DNA from: a virus
IMG/VR virus record: IMGVR_UViG_3300023202_000205
Coordinates: 96,001-160,000 of that record
Reading direction: 5' to 3' (one strand)
Length of the DNA: 64,000 bases
The position numbers were made by a program, and so were the translations under genes. Position 1 is the stretch's first letter. Every line of letters begins with the position of its first letter. A model generated the notes under the pieces. The model was not told the origin of the DNA. It ran no database searches and was given only the letters and a program-made list of their open reading frames with translations. This document shows, piece by piece, positions 29,881 to 40,193 of the stretch.

Positions 29881-31030
29881 CTAACCCCAGTAGCGCTCGA
29901 AGCTAGCAAGCTTCCCGAACTTTGGCACTCCTGGCCCTCTCTGCTCTCCGTCTCCTCCTCCATTGTCTGCTCCTTCTGTGCGCGATTGGATCCACCGAGC
30001 ATCTATATCCCAGTAGCGGTAAAACGCTGTGCCTCTCGTATGGCCTCGTAGGGGTTTCTCGAATTCAGTCTGCCACAGGCAGAGCGACGAGACAATCCAT
30101 CGAATGGCCTGCCGGACCTGCTTGTTGTCCACCCCTACGTAGTCTATAAGAGAAGGTATGGTATGCGGTCCCTGCTGAAGGGCATGGTAGACCACTGGAA
30201 AGATCGCCTTGGTGACCAGATACACCCTATGGGTCGCTGGTCGCAGCCCATGTTCACGGATTCTCGTGAAAAGAGGATCCACGTAGGTCTCAATACGGTC
30301 GAGCACCTCCTGTAGCGCATCCTCTGCAAGTTGCTGGTCTGGGTCTGAGTCCATGACTTGCGCCTCCCGAGCCCAATACTCGTTACTGCCACTACCAATC
30401 AAGCTGTTCAAGCTGTTTAACGTAGCAATACTCCATACAGCTAGGCTCCCTATACTCCAGCGGAGCAGCTTGCTTCACCCGCGTTACAACGTTTATGAGC
30501 GACTTTCTCAGGGCAACACCTACGTGTTGCGATGCTATTGATTTTACAATACCCAACGGAAATAGGTCCATGCTGTGGTTGTCATAGCGGGGACGACAAT
30601 TATCAACGAAGGGAACGAGGTTCTCAGGCATAGTCCGAAAAAGATCGATCCCGACATCAACGGCGAGCTGAGTACCAATCCAGCCCCACCCGGGCTCTAA
30701 CTCCGAATCACTGGGCTGCTCCTCGTAGCCGTACTCCTTGACGATCTCGACCACTTTCTCGGCAACCGCCTGAGCTGTGTGGGCTGACGCTTCAGAAGAA
30801 GGGATCCGCCGCCGATCGGTGACCAACCAACCGTTTATGGGGACGTCAGACAGCTGGATCTTATATCCTCGGAGAAAGCTGCCACAGCAATCGTCCGAGA
30901 AAAGCAGGTTACCCAACCTGCCGGGCTGGTCGGAAAAGAAGTCCTCCACAAAGACTGTGAAATCGAGATAGGGTAGGCTGATCGATAGATTTCGGACGAT
31001 GATTCTGTCTTCTTGCGTGTTGGTCTCCAT
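29881..31030 (-). other. two hypothetical genes (29881-30411 region, 30392-31030)
   Basis: Long protein-like ORFs, co-oriented. Confidence 0.55.
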
Positions 31031-31044
31031 CCGGATCTCCTCTG

Positions 31045-31787
31045 CTAGCTTTTGAGTGATTCGAGTATTTCCTGTGGTTCTGGGATCGACGAATACTCCT
31101 TGGGATACATTTTCGTGTCATAGGCCATAAGTAGCTGTCTGATCTCGTTCGACAAGGCTGCTGGAGTGTACCCGTGGGTGCCCCCTATGCCTACCTTGCC
31201 GAGGTGCCCGCGAGAACCTCTGAAACAGTGCACCGCCAAATACCCCGTCAGTCCTCCTGGGAAAATAGACGCCTTTTTAAACAAGACGTGAATCGGGTCA
31301 CGCATACAAACGTTCACAGAAGCAGCAATGCTACAATACGGATCAGCCAGTAATGCCCACCTGAGGTTGTTAAAGGGAATGTAGACCACCTCATTTAACC
31401 AAGGAACCCAAATGGGAAAGTCTTTCACTTTATCAAAATATACCTTACGTACACTGACTCCCCCAAGAAACGACAAGTTATTCCGGTCCGGGTGTAGGTA
31501 CTTTCGGGAATAATCTCTTATAGCCTTCGCTGTAACACCCCTAAAAGGTATGGGTTGTGAGTTTCCCACGACCAAATCGAATAAGCGATCCCTTGAGGGA
31601 GTACCAACTAGCTCTCTGATATAGTCAACAAGGACGTCATTCAGGCCACACACGAGATCGTAATAGGTGCTCTGGCTGGTAGATTCCGGAACCACCTCCC
31701 CTCGGGACCACGCTCTCCAAGCGTTAATGAACTCCATACCAGTACAGTAGTTGCGCGGTAGTGGCTGTTTACTGTCACTGCTCAGCA
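31045..31787 (-). CDS. hypothetical protein, FIxxWxx(Y/W)SxG family
   Basis: NYCTGMEFINAWRAWSRGEVVP near the likely start. Confidence 0.65.
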
Positions 31788-32494
31788 TGGGGAATGAACT
31801 CCTTGGTAGAGGGAGTGGGGACTGGAGCGAAGTGCCTTCCCACACGGCTCCCCATTTCGTTCGGCCATGTCCTCCCAAAAACCGTGTCAAGCAACTCGAT
31901 GGCAACACAGCGAGCTACTGGGTTGATCAGACTGTCCTCGAAACCAGGTGTTCTGACAAACGTGCGCCAGCGCTTGAGATGCTGGAACAAATGGATCGAC
32001 TCGCCCAAGCTCAGGAACCACCCTCGAGATCTCAGGGATCCCGGAAACGGGTTACTTACAACAAGTACTGCATGCTTGACCACCTGTATACGGGTCCCGT
32101 CGAATACGAGCACCCCACAGGTGTTCCTAGTTTCTACACTAAATGAGCCTGCTAAACGCTTGATCTGCTCTGGGACTTCCCCCTCAAGAAGGACCTCTAT
32201 TTCCCCCATCAAGATGCTCACAGATAGTTTATCACGCACACTTCTTGTAAGACCGAACGGAGGCCTCCCTTCCCAACAAGATCCGAAAGAGTCTACCATG
32301 TCACGCCACTCGTAGTTCTTCGCTAGGAATTGACGAAAAAGACGGCAGCTCAGGTCATCGAGCCACCTCATATCCCCCTCTCCAGGAATCCTCTCCGAGC
32401 TCGTAGGCGTAGGAACTGCCTTCCCCAAGGAATAGCAGCGCCACGCTCTTATGAATTCTGTAGGTGATGTGTAATCACTCTGTCGTGGTATCAT
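31775..32494 (-). CDS. hypothetical protein, FIxxWxxYSxG family
   Basis: DYTSPTEFIRAWRCYSLGKAVP. Confidence 0.7.
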   Translation of the reverse strand: MIPRQSDYTSPTEFIRAWRCYSLGKAVPTPTSSERIPGEGDMRWLDDLSCRLFRQFLAKNYEWRDMVDSFGSCWEGRPPFGLTRSVRDKLSVSILMGEIEVLLEGEVPEQIKRLAGSFSVETRNTCGVLVFDGTRIQVVKHAVLVVSNPFPGSLRSRGWFLSLGESIHLFQHLKRWRTFVRTPGFEDSLINPVARCVAIELLDTVFGRTWPNEMGSRVGRHFAPVPTPSTKEFIPHAEQ

Positions 32495-32505
32495 GAGACC
32501 TCCTG

Positions 32506-33375
32506 CTACGTTTTGTAAAGCGCGCCCAGCTCAGATCCAAGCTCCCCTGGCCAGTAAGTCTCCCCGTAAATGCGATCCAAGATCTGTACAGCTAACCCAC
32601 GAGCCACCCAGGTATCCGGGGTCACCCAGCCAGGGGTCTGGGTATCAATTTCTGAATCCGAATCCATAGCAAGCGTCAGTCTCTGAAGATAGAGAGGTAA
32701 GTTTACCCGTGCTAGTTCTATAAAGTAGCAGTCCGCGCAGTCACTACATCTCTCATGTGCTATCTCGAAGAAAGCAGCTCCATCAGGGAGGGGCGGCACC
32801 TCTACTACAGTTCTTATGGAAACCAACGGCATCGTTGGGCGACCCGCTACCCGTGACGTTAAATTGAATAGCTGACATTTATCGTCGAATACCCTCACAT
32901 GCCGGTCATCAAAAGAGACCTCTCTTATCGGAATACGGAAAGGGTAAGGGTCAAGCACGGGACATTCACAGACGTCGTCTATCAGGGCGCGAATCTCCTC
33001 GTTGATATCCGGAGCGGTTGCTGAATTGTTAAGCAGGTCTTTGACTCTGCTGGTAAACCTGGCCTCAACAAACATCCGTTTATCGAGTGGTATTTCAACG
33101 ATCTCCTCTATTCCCTCTCTGTGTATGAACCCCCCACCTGCGTACTCAACAGATTCTATGAATTCCTTTTCAAGGTTTGGTAGGAACTCATTTTCATAAA
33201 AGTGTCGAAAACGAGTAGGTGATTCGAAACGTAGGGGGGCGTGCATCTCCCTGTCATATTCCATCACTGGCGGGAAAGTTGGCTGAGGGACTTCCTGACC
33301 AAGAGAGTATTTCCTCCAAGCACTGATGAACTCCATGGGAGTCTTGTAATGGGTTAGTTGTGGTTTTTCGGTCAT
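32506..33375 (-). CDS. hypothetical protein, FIxxWxxYSxG family
   Basis: HYKTPMEFISAWRKYSLGQEVP; C-terminal VARxxAxxxLDxxxGxTxWPxExGS shared with 31775-32494. Confidence 0.7.
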   Translation of the reverse strand: MTEKPQLTHYKTPMEFISAWRKYSLGQEVPQPTFPPVMEYDREMHAPLRFESPTRFRHFYENEFLPNLEKEFIESVEYAGGGFIHREGIEEIVEIPLDKRMFVEARFTSRVKDLLNNSATAPDINEEIRALIDDVCECPVLDPYPFRIPIREVSFDDRHVRVFDDKCQLFNLTSRVAGRPTMPLVSIRTVVEVPPLPDGAAFFEIAHERCSDCADCYFIELARVNLPLYLQRLTLAMDSDSEIDTQTPGWVTPDTWVARGLAVQILDRIYGETYWPGELGSELGALYKT

Positions 33376-33412
33376 TGATCAGCTTCCTTACTAAGTCAGT
33401 AAGATAGTCTTC

Positions 33413-33467
33413 GTCGCAGATACCAAGCCTCTAATCGGGCATAGCGAGAGGGCTCTTATAACTCGGC
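33413..33467 (-). repeat. solitary CRISPR repeat E plus first 19 nt of the leader
   Basis: 33/36 match; agggctcttataactcggc identical to leader B. Confidence 0.85.
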
Positions 33468-33700
33468 CAAGGGTTCCATCAGTCGCTCTATTAGAGCAGT
33501 AGAATAGCTCTACCAGGGGCTTCATCGGCTACTCTATTAAAGTAGTAATACGCCTTTACCAGGGGTCTCGTCAACTATCTTATTAAGGTAGTAAGACAAG
33601 CTCCAGGTGGTATGCCAGCCCCCTCTATTAGAGCAGTAAGACGGCTTTCCAGGAGTTACATCTGTTACTCTGCTAAAGTAATAGGATTACATCACCAGTA
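33467..33700. repeat. about 5.5 degenerate 45-46-bp direct repeats (iteron-like)
   Basis: CTCTATTA-like cores at 33486, 33532, 33578, 33623, 33668, each followed by AGTA and later CCAG. Confidence 0.75.
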
Positions 33701-33737
33701 TTACGTAAACACGAGAAAGGAACCCACTAATATAGTT

Positions 33738-33882
33738 CGGGAATGTATAATTCTGCTTTTTAGCGAGAGTACTACGTAAGGAGCTTTTTTCGTATTATCA
33801 GTTTAATAGCTATTATACTATTAAAACCAACAAAAGCTCCTTACGAAGTACTCTAGCTAAAAAGCAGAATTATACATTCCCG
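33738..33882. repeat. 51-bp inverted repeat (49/51) around an AT-rich palindromic core
   Basis: Arms 33738-33788 and 33832-33882; TTTAATAG/CTATTAAA in the loop. Confidence 0.9.
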
Positions 33883-34093
33883 TAAATGAGTTGGAGATTC
33901 ACGATAAAACTGGTCCTGAGACCATGAGAATCGCCTGATACCTGGAAATCCCCTGGTGACTTCACTACCTGTTTACCCGTGAATGGGATTTCCTGCCTCA
34001 CTGAGAGACTTTCTTGGTGACAGAGGGTACTGGGAGGGGGTCATCAATAAAAGTCTCTCAGATTGGAAAAATCGAGTAGGATAGTAGGTCCTG

Positions 34094-34312
34094 CTACCCC
34101 GACCCGTCTGAACCGAATACCTTGCGGTAGATCCGGTCCAGGCGGTTCAGCTGGCTCTCCACGAACCGGTGGTCCCGTCGCTTGTCCATCTCATCGATGA
34201 AGCTGATCTCACGATCCTGGAGTTGGAACTCCTCTGAAGAGAGATCGAGCAATGCATCGAGTTGGTCACGTTGTCGATCGTCAAGCGGTACACGTTTGGG
34301 AAGCACTGCCAC
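34094..34312 (-). CDS. small hypothetical protein
   Basis: AGGAG RBS, GTG start, palindromic box upstream. Confidence 0.55.
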   Translation of the reverse strand: MAVLPKRVPLDDRQRDQLDALLDLSSEEFQLQDREISFIDEMDKRRDHRFVESQLNRLDRIYRKVFGSDGSG

Positions 34313-34336
34313 GCTGGGTCTCCTGGTGCAAACTTT

Positions 34337-34352
34337 GTGTTCGCGTGAACAC
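34337..34352. promoter_or_regulatory. palindromic box, copy 6
   Basis: GTGTTCGCGTGAACAC. Confidence 0.75.
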
Positions 34353-34503
34353 TATTGAGGCGATTGTTGTTCCTTGGCTTCTTCGGCAGCTTCGTACCAA
34401 CCCTCTTTCCAATTCTTGGCACGATGTTGATCATCTGTGTGAGGGCACGAAGTAATCGACTGCCCTGCCTTGAAAGCTCGATAACCATTATTCAAGTCCT
34501 CGT

Positions 34504-37500
34504 TTATGCCGTATTTTTCCATGACTCACTTCCTCCTATCTTATTAGAATCACACGTGAAGGGGCTTTTCCACGAGTCCTCTATAAAAGCGTGTTTGAGT
34601 GCTCTCATGTCTTCCTCGTTGGAGAGATGGTGTTGGATGCTTTTACAGCTCTGTAGAAGACTGTTCGAGGCATCTTCGAACACCTCGCGGCTGAAGGTAC
34701 CGTAAAGCGTACAGTATGGTGGGCACTTCTCGACGAGCAAGAGACCCGCTTGTTCACAATCCCCCAGCAACGCGGCCAAAACAGCCGACTGATTCCACTT
34801 TGCCCGCCAAACAGCGTGGCTGATCGGGTCACTGTTGTACAGCTTGTCGACCGCTTTGAGAATCACAGAAGTCTTTCCTGGCACTACAATTGGGACATTT
34901 TCTCTCAGTTCGATCCGATCGATGCCGTCGCTCTCCGGCCAGATTTCCGAGGCATTCTTGGCTAGCGGTGCCGAATCGGTTTTGGACTCGGTGTGAAGCT
35001 GCTGGATCGTCTTGTTCTCTTTGATCGACTCGACCATGGCCGCCGCTTTATGGTAGTCGCTCATGAGCACTGGAATCTTGTGTAGCTTGTCCGCCTCTTT
35101 CTTGCCCTCGGTCCAATCTTTCGTTCGGCGACTGGAGGTATCGATGAAGTGGAATGCTGCGTTGAGCACCGTATGCTCGGCTTGAAAGCACAACATGAGT
35201 AGGTCGTTGAACAGTTGACTGGAGCTGGGTGCTGGCGCGTCCATCTCACCGGTCATCATCAGGCAAAAATGATAAGGGTGGTTATACCAATCCCTTAGGT
35301 GACGGCTGCCTAGAGAGATCACTGGTTGGTCATTCATCTGGTATCTCGATTTCTGTCTGTGGGTCTCCGTCGAGGTCGGTAAGTGCTTTAATCAGATCCA
35401 TGATGGGCACTGAGTAAAGCTCTCCTCCTCGCTCAACAGATTCCATGTATTTGACGCGTTCATCCCGGATCTGGTTGGCCATCTCCGGGTAGTCTTTCAC
35501 GAGTTCATCCTCTGCTTCCGCCATATGGCCGATAGCGATCCAGGCGTGTTCTGGGTATCCTCTGGGTACCTCAGACATCAACACCAACGCCTGAGCTAAA
35601 TGCTTGCGACCACATGACGTACAGCTGGGCCTCATGAATAGATCCTTTCGGTCTCGGAGGTGCATTACTTGCTGTTATTGGTTTTCGATACAGCGGTAGA
35701 GACAGCCCTATTGGTCCCAGCCGATGCCTGCCTATCTGACTGCCCACCCGTTGTGTTGGGGACCGACGGTAACGCCTTGTCCTGGTCCTTCTTCTTCTGC
35801 TCTTGCTCCTTCGTCTTCACAGCCGCCGACTGCTCCTCAAAAGCCTGCTTGGCCACCTCGAGAACTACCTGCACATCCCGTGATGCCGTCTGATCACTCG
35901 CGGTACACTGAGCCATCTGGAGGCTATTAAGCAAGCCCTCCAAAAGCTCGTAAGGCGCGTCAGTCAGGTAGACGCAAGGGTTGGCACGTTTTTCGTTCTG
36001 GGACGTCGCCTTCTGGGCACGAGCCAGCTCAGCCTTGGTATAGCCGACCAGGTCGATGAGGGGCTGGGGGTTCTCGGAAGGAGTGTAGGCGTCGACGTGC
36101 ACCGTTAGGGTCAGGACAAAGTGCTTTGCGTCAATACTCATGACGCGTGTGCACTCTTCCATTTGGATACTCGTGATGTGATCTTCCATGGTTTCCTCAT
36201 GAAAAAAACCACCTGATATCAGGTGGCTTGTAGTGGTTCATTTGGTCAGGAATTGATTACTCGTCTGATTCCTCAGGTAACTTGTCCAACTCCTTTTGGA
36301 GCCAGATCAGAACGGCCTCCGCTGCGTCGAGTGTATTCGACGAAGGATCGACGTCAGCCAGCAGCTCGCGAACGGTGGGCATCGAGATAGCCACCTCGTT
36401 GATTCGTTGCATCAACGTCTCGTGGTCTGGCTCATCGCCTTCTTTGGGAATCAGGGAACTGATCCCACCCATCAAGGTGGTAATCAGCTTACGCTGCCCT
36501 GTGGGGAACGAATCAGTCGAAATGACCGTCGCCTCTACATCCCTTCGCACTTCGTCATCGTCGAGTTTCATGCGCAAAAACTCTGAGCAGCTCACGAGGA
36601 GCTGGACGATATCGACGTTTTCGAAGTTCTCACCTGCTTCAGGGTTCTCCTCGAGAAACTCGTCCATCTTCTGATCAAACCGGGGTAGGCGGATACGGGC
36701 CAATTTGATGCCTTCCCGCATCTTATCCTCGAGCTCCTCCCTGGTCTCCTTGTCCTTGCCATTGTTCGTGAGCTTACCGTGCTCAGACAGATCTGCTTCG
36801 AACATGGTCACGACTTCTTCGATCTTCTCCCGCTCTTTGTCCGATAAGGCGATGGAGCTACTCACCTGCTCTTCCAGTTCGGCACGCTCCACGTGGAACG
36901 GAGGGGCGTAGGGAAGGATGACAGCCATACCGAACTCCCGTAACCACAGGGTCTTGGACCCCTCCGTCCCGATATAGTGCTCCCCATCATCGAAACCAAT
37001 GGCTTGGTAGGACTGTCGACCAACCTTGGCAAAGGCACATTTGATGTCCCCGTCGATGTGGAACCCCACATTCTCCCAGAGGAACAGATCGTTGGCTCGA
37101 GTTACCAGCGCGCAATTAGTGGCGTAAGACGCCAGTGTCTGCCCAACCACGAACCGGAGCAGATTCAGCTGTGTATCATCACTCAGGTTGTTGAAGGCCT
37201 TCTCCAGCTCGTTCAGAGCAGCCTTCTCCTTCGTGCTCTGCTTGAGATGAGCCAGAGCTGCCTCGAAGACATTGCAGGCCACGTTAGCAACGTTGTCGTC
37301 GACCAGCTCAGCTGGGTTCTTGGTGGCCCGATCCATATTGACCAGCCAGTTCAGTAGCTGGGTCCGGGAGGCAGCTGCCTCGTCTCGGTACTCGTCGGGC
37401 ATTTCCTCAAACGCCTGTTCGGCACTAGCTTTGAGCCGCTCTTCGTATTTCTCGTGTTGTGCTGTCATGTGGTCCCTCTGCTGATGCTGAACATTAGCTC

Positions 37501-37901
37501 AGATAGTGTGTTACGCAAGATGCCCCTCACTCAATCACGTGTGGGTGCGGGGCCTGTGGGTTGAGCCTCCCAGGTTTGATCAGGTCAGAGTGCTGGATAC
37601 GCAGGGAGAAAAACTCTCGGTCAGCATTGGCGATTACCGCTGGCGACCCCTGGAAGTGCAGTACCCGTGGGTTCGTCTGATTGCTGAATGTGATGTCGAC
37701 GTGGTTGGCCGACATATCCAGGCAGTACCACCGAAACGAGTGGCCCCCAAAAGTACTGACCAATAAGTCATGTAACGGGTAGCTCTCCTCTTTGCTCTTG
37801 GTGAATGCCTCGGCAACACGGTGGGCGATGTGAACCGTTAGGGATGCCCGTACGATAAGTGCCTCAAAGCGCCCAGCTGCGGTAACGATGACGTTGGACA
37901 T
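34504..37901 (-). other. hypothetical genes 34504-35337, 35330-35665, 35665-36189, 36257-37468, 37527-37901
   Basis: Long co-oriented ORFs with coupled stops/starts. Confidence 0.65.
36202..36228 (-). terminator. intrinsic terminator
   Basis: CCACCTG/CAGGTGG stem followed by T7 on the minus strand. Confidence 0.8.
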
Positions 37902-38521
37902 CAGGGCCTTTCCTGTGCCGTTTCGGCAGCCCTCTGGAAGAGCAACGAGACCAATTCACCCGGCTCCTTGTCCGGGTTCTCCTGGATCACCTCATCCAAC
38001 ATTTCCGACGAGACCTGGTAGTCCGGCTTGATCTGTTTGACGATCTGACGGACCCGGTTCTCAACACCTGCTGGACTCAGGGTACCGAGACCCTCGATGA
38101 CTGCGATCTCCTCAATACGGTCCTTGAGTTCGTTGCAGATGTGCCAGGCGGTATCCTTCGAGACCCCTTTGACCCCATGTGCCAAGTCATGGTCCTTCTT
38201 GTACCGAATCAGTAACAGGGCGTCGTCGCCGTGATACTGGAGAAGCGCCGCTGACTTGGCAGGCCCAATACGGATACCCTTCAGCCCGGCGATAACCATA
38301 GCGAGACGTTTTTGAAGGGAGCTTTGAAAGACGTAAGTCGTACCCACGCCCTCTCGGCTGTAGGCTGTCCACAGGAAGAGATTTTTATACTCGTAATGCA
38401 AATCGAGCGATTCGTTATCGACTAAGTCGTAGCCAGTTCCACAACCCTCAGAAGTCCAGAGCGTTACCATGTTTCCATATCGGGTGATTGGTGTTCCTTT
38501 ACCAAGAAAGGATAGGTTCAT
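37901..38521 (-). CDS. ruvA: RuvA-like Holliday junction DNA-binding protein
   Basis: OB-like N-terminus, two HhH motifs (GIRIGPAKS, VKGVSKDTAWHICNELKDRI). Confidence 0.7.
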   Translation of the reverse strand: MNLSFLGKGTPITRYGNMVTLWTSEGCGTGYDLVDNESLDLHYEYKNLFLWTAYSREGVGTTYVFQSSLQKRLAMVIAGLKGIRIGPAKSAALLQYHGDDALLLIRYKKDHDLAHGVKGVSKDTAWHICNELKDRIEEIAVIEGLGTLSPAGVENRVRQIVKQIKPDYQVSSEMLDEVIQENPDKEPGELVSLLFQRAAETAQERP

Positions 38522-38562
38522 ACACGTCTCCTTATTTGACGTAAGAATTGAAGATGGCTAAG

Positions 38563-39225
38563 TCAGGTGAGAACCCTTTTTTTGGAAATAGGATCAGATA
38601 ATGGTATAAATTCATGAACCCGCCAAGGGTATTTTGTCCCAAACTCTGACTGGAACCACTGCTTCCAGCGGTCCACTGGATACCCAATATTTTGATTGAG
38701 AACACCATGATGGGTTTCCATGACGAAAGACATAGACGAACCTAATATGTCGATACACCGCGCGTCGTCGATAAGAACCCGCTCCCCACCTTCACAGTCG
38801 AGCTTCACTATAGTGCCTGATCCGACACTGGTCCCTGCGTCCGCAAGCAACTCAGGCAATGGAAGGCTCTCTATAGTCCCTTCCTCATCGTCAACCATGG
38901 CAACTGCACCAGACGTACGAATATTTTTGTTAGGGACTGCCCTCACTTGTTTTCCGGTACCGAGCGCTTTGTTAATGCAGGTAGTCTGAAACCCCCGTGT
39001 ATTTTGGACTAGGCCGTTAAAGGTAGTCGGGTTCGGTTCGAAACAGAAGATCTCAGCATGAGGAAATAGACAGCGGGCGTAGATACTGAAAAGCCCATAG
39101 TTGGCACCGATATCGATAATGCGATCGACTGGGCGGTCGAAGAATTTTCGCAGTCGATAAAGATCGGCCGTGATTATTTCTTGAAATATCAAAGGAAAGT
39201 ATTTTTCGAAGTTATCGCAGATCAT
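38563..39225 (-). CDS. FkbM-family SAM-dependent methyltransferase
   Basis: IIDIGANYGLFS, FCFEPNPTTF, VKLDCEGGE. Confidence 0.9.
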   Translation of the reverse strand: MICDNFEKYFPLIFQEIITADLYRLRKFFDRPVDRIIDIGANYGLFSIYARCLFPHAEIFCFEPNPTTFNGLVQNTRGFQTTCINKALGTGKQVRAVPNKNIRTSGAVAMVDDEEGTIESLPLPELLADAGTSVGSGTIVKLDCEGGERVLIDDARCIDILGSSMSFVMETHHGVLNQNIGYPVDRWKQWFQSEFGTKYPWRVHEFIPLSDPISKKRVLT

Positions 39226-40193
39226 TTATCGTACAGCTGCTTGAGCTGCCCCCAACGTTCTTTGCCTGCTTCGGTCAGTTCTCTTCCCGCTGACCCACGA
39301 TGGACATACCCACTCCGGAGTAGCCAAGGTTCGTAGACTTCCTCCACAGTGACCGGCTGCTCATTGAGTGCATGAGCTAGCGCCTTTACACCCACTGGGC
39401 GGTCTACCATGCCGAGATAGGACATATACTGGTACTCCTCAGGACTGAGCTCTGCTTTGAATCCCAGCCTACTGAGGGTCTTACTGGCATGACCCACGGT
39501 AATGGCGATTTGCTGCGTATCCGAAGGCTCCTGGGCGACGAAAGTATCGATCGTATTGCTCAGCAGGTTGACTGCATTCCGCGCCACCCCTTTCGCAGCG
39601 TCTGCGAGTATATGGCAGCCTTTCTCGTCGATTGTCACGCCTTTCATAGAAACGTGCCAATAGATGATCTGCTCCATCTCCTCCGTCGTGTAGGGTTCCA
39701 GTGTGAAGACGTGCTGAAACCGGCTGCGAAGGGGCCCATCCAGTAAGCCACGCCTCGTCGTGGCGGCAATTATCGTAAACGCGGGCAGCGCTACATCGAT
39801 GACCGACTCATTTCCTGGATCACCAATTCGAACAGATAGCTTCCGGTCCTCCATAGCTGTTAGCAGATGCTCTCTAGCAGCCGCAGGTAGTGCATGGACC
39901 TCATCCAGGAACAGAACGTCTCCTTCGGGCACTATACTGAGTACGCTGGTCAATGCGGTGGGCTTATCCACTGCTGCGCAATTAACGAAATGTACTCCCG
40001 CCTCCATCTCGGTGGGTATGACTGACATGGCGAGAGTGGTTTTGCCAAGCCCGGCAGGGCCAGCCAATAACAGATGCGCCAGGGGCTTGCCCTGGCGCTT
40101 GGCGGATGTGACCGCGATACTCAGATTTTTGGTAACCCTGGACTGGCCGTGAAAGGCACTTAGTCGACTAGGGCGGTGGACGCTCATCGGCAT
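39222..40193 (-). CDS. ruvB: RuvB Holliday junction branch-migration AAA+ ATPase
   Basis: HLLLAGPAGLGKTTLA, LFLDEVH, LPAFTIIAATTRRGLLDGPLRSRF, VEEVYEPWLL...GRELT. Confidence 0.92.
   Translation of the reverse strand: MPMSVHRPSRLSAFHGQSRVTKNLSIAVTSAKRQGKPLAHLLLAGPAGLGKTTLAMSVIPTEMEAGVHFVNCAAVDKPTALTSVLSIVPEGDVLFLDEVHALPAAAREHLLTAMEDRKLSVRIGDPGNESVIDVALPAFTIIAATTRRGLLDGPLRSRFQHVFTLEPYTTEEMEQIIYWHVSMKGVTIDEKGCHILADAAKGVARNAVNLLSNTIDTFVAQEPSDTQQIAITVGHASKTLSRLGFKAELSPEEYQYMSYLGMVDRPVGVKALAHALNEQPVTVEEVYEPWLLRSGYVHRGSAGRELTEAGKERWGQLKQLYDK

Noticed and set aside
29529-30002. 157-aa ORF running through solo repeat D
   Set aside because: The N-terminal two thirds look non-coding; a 45-aa gene from ATG 29666 is more plausible, though not proven
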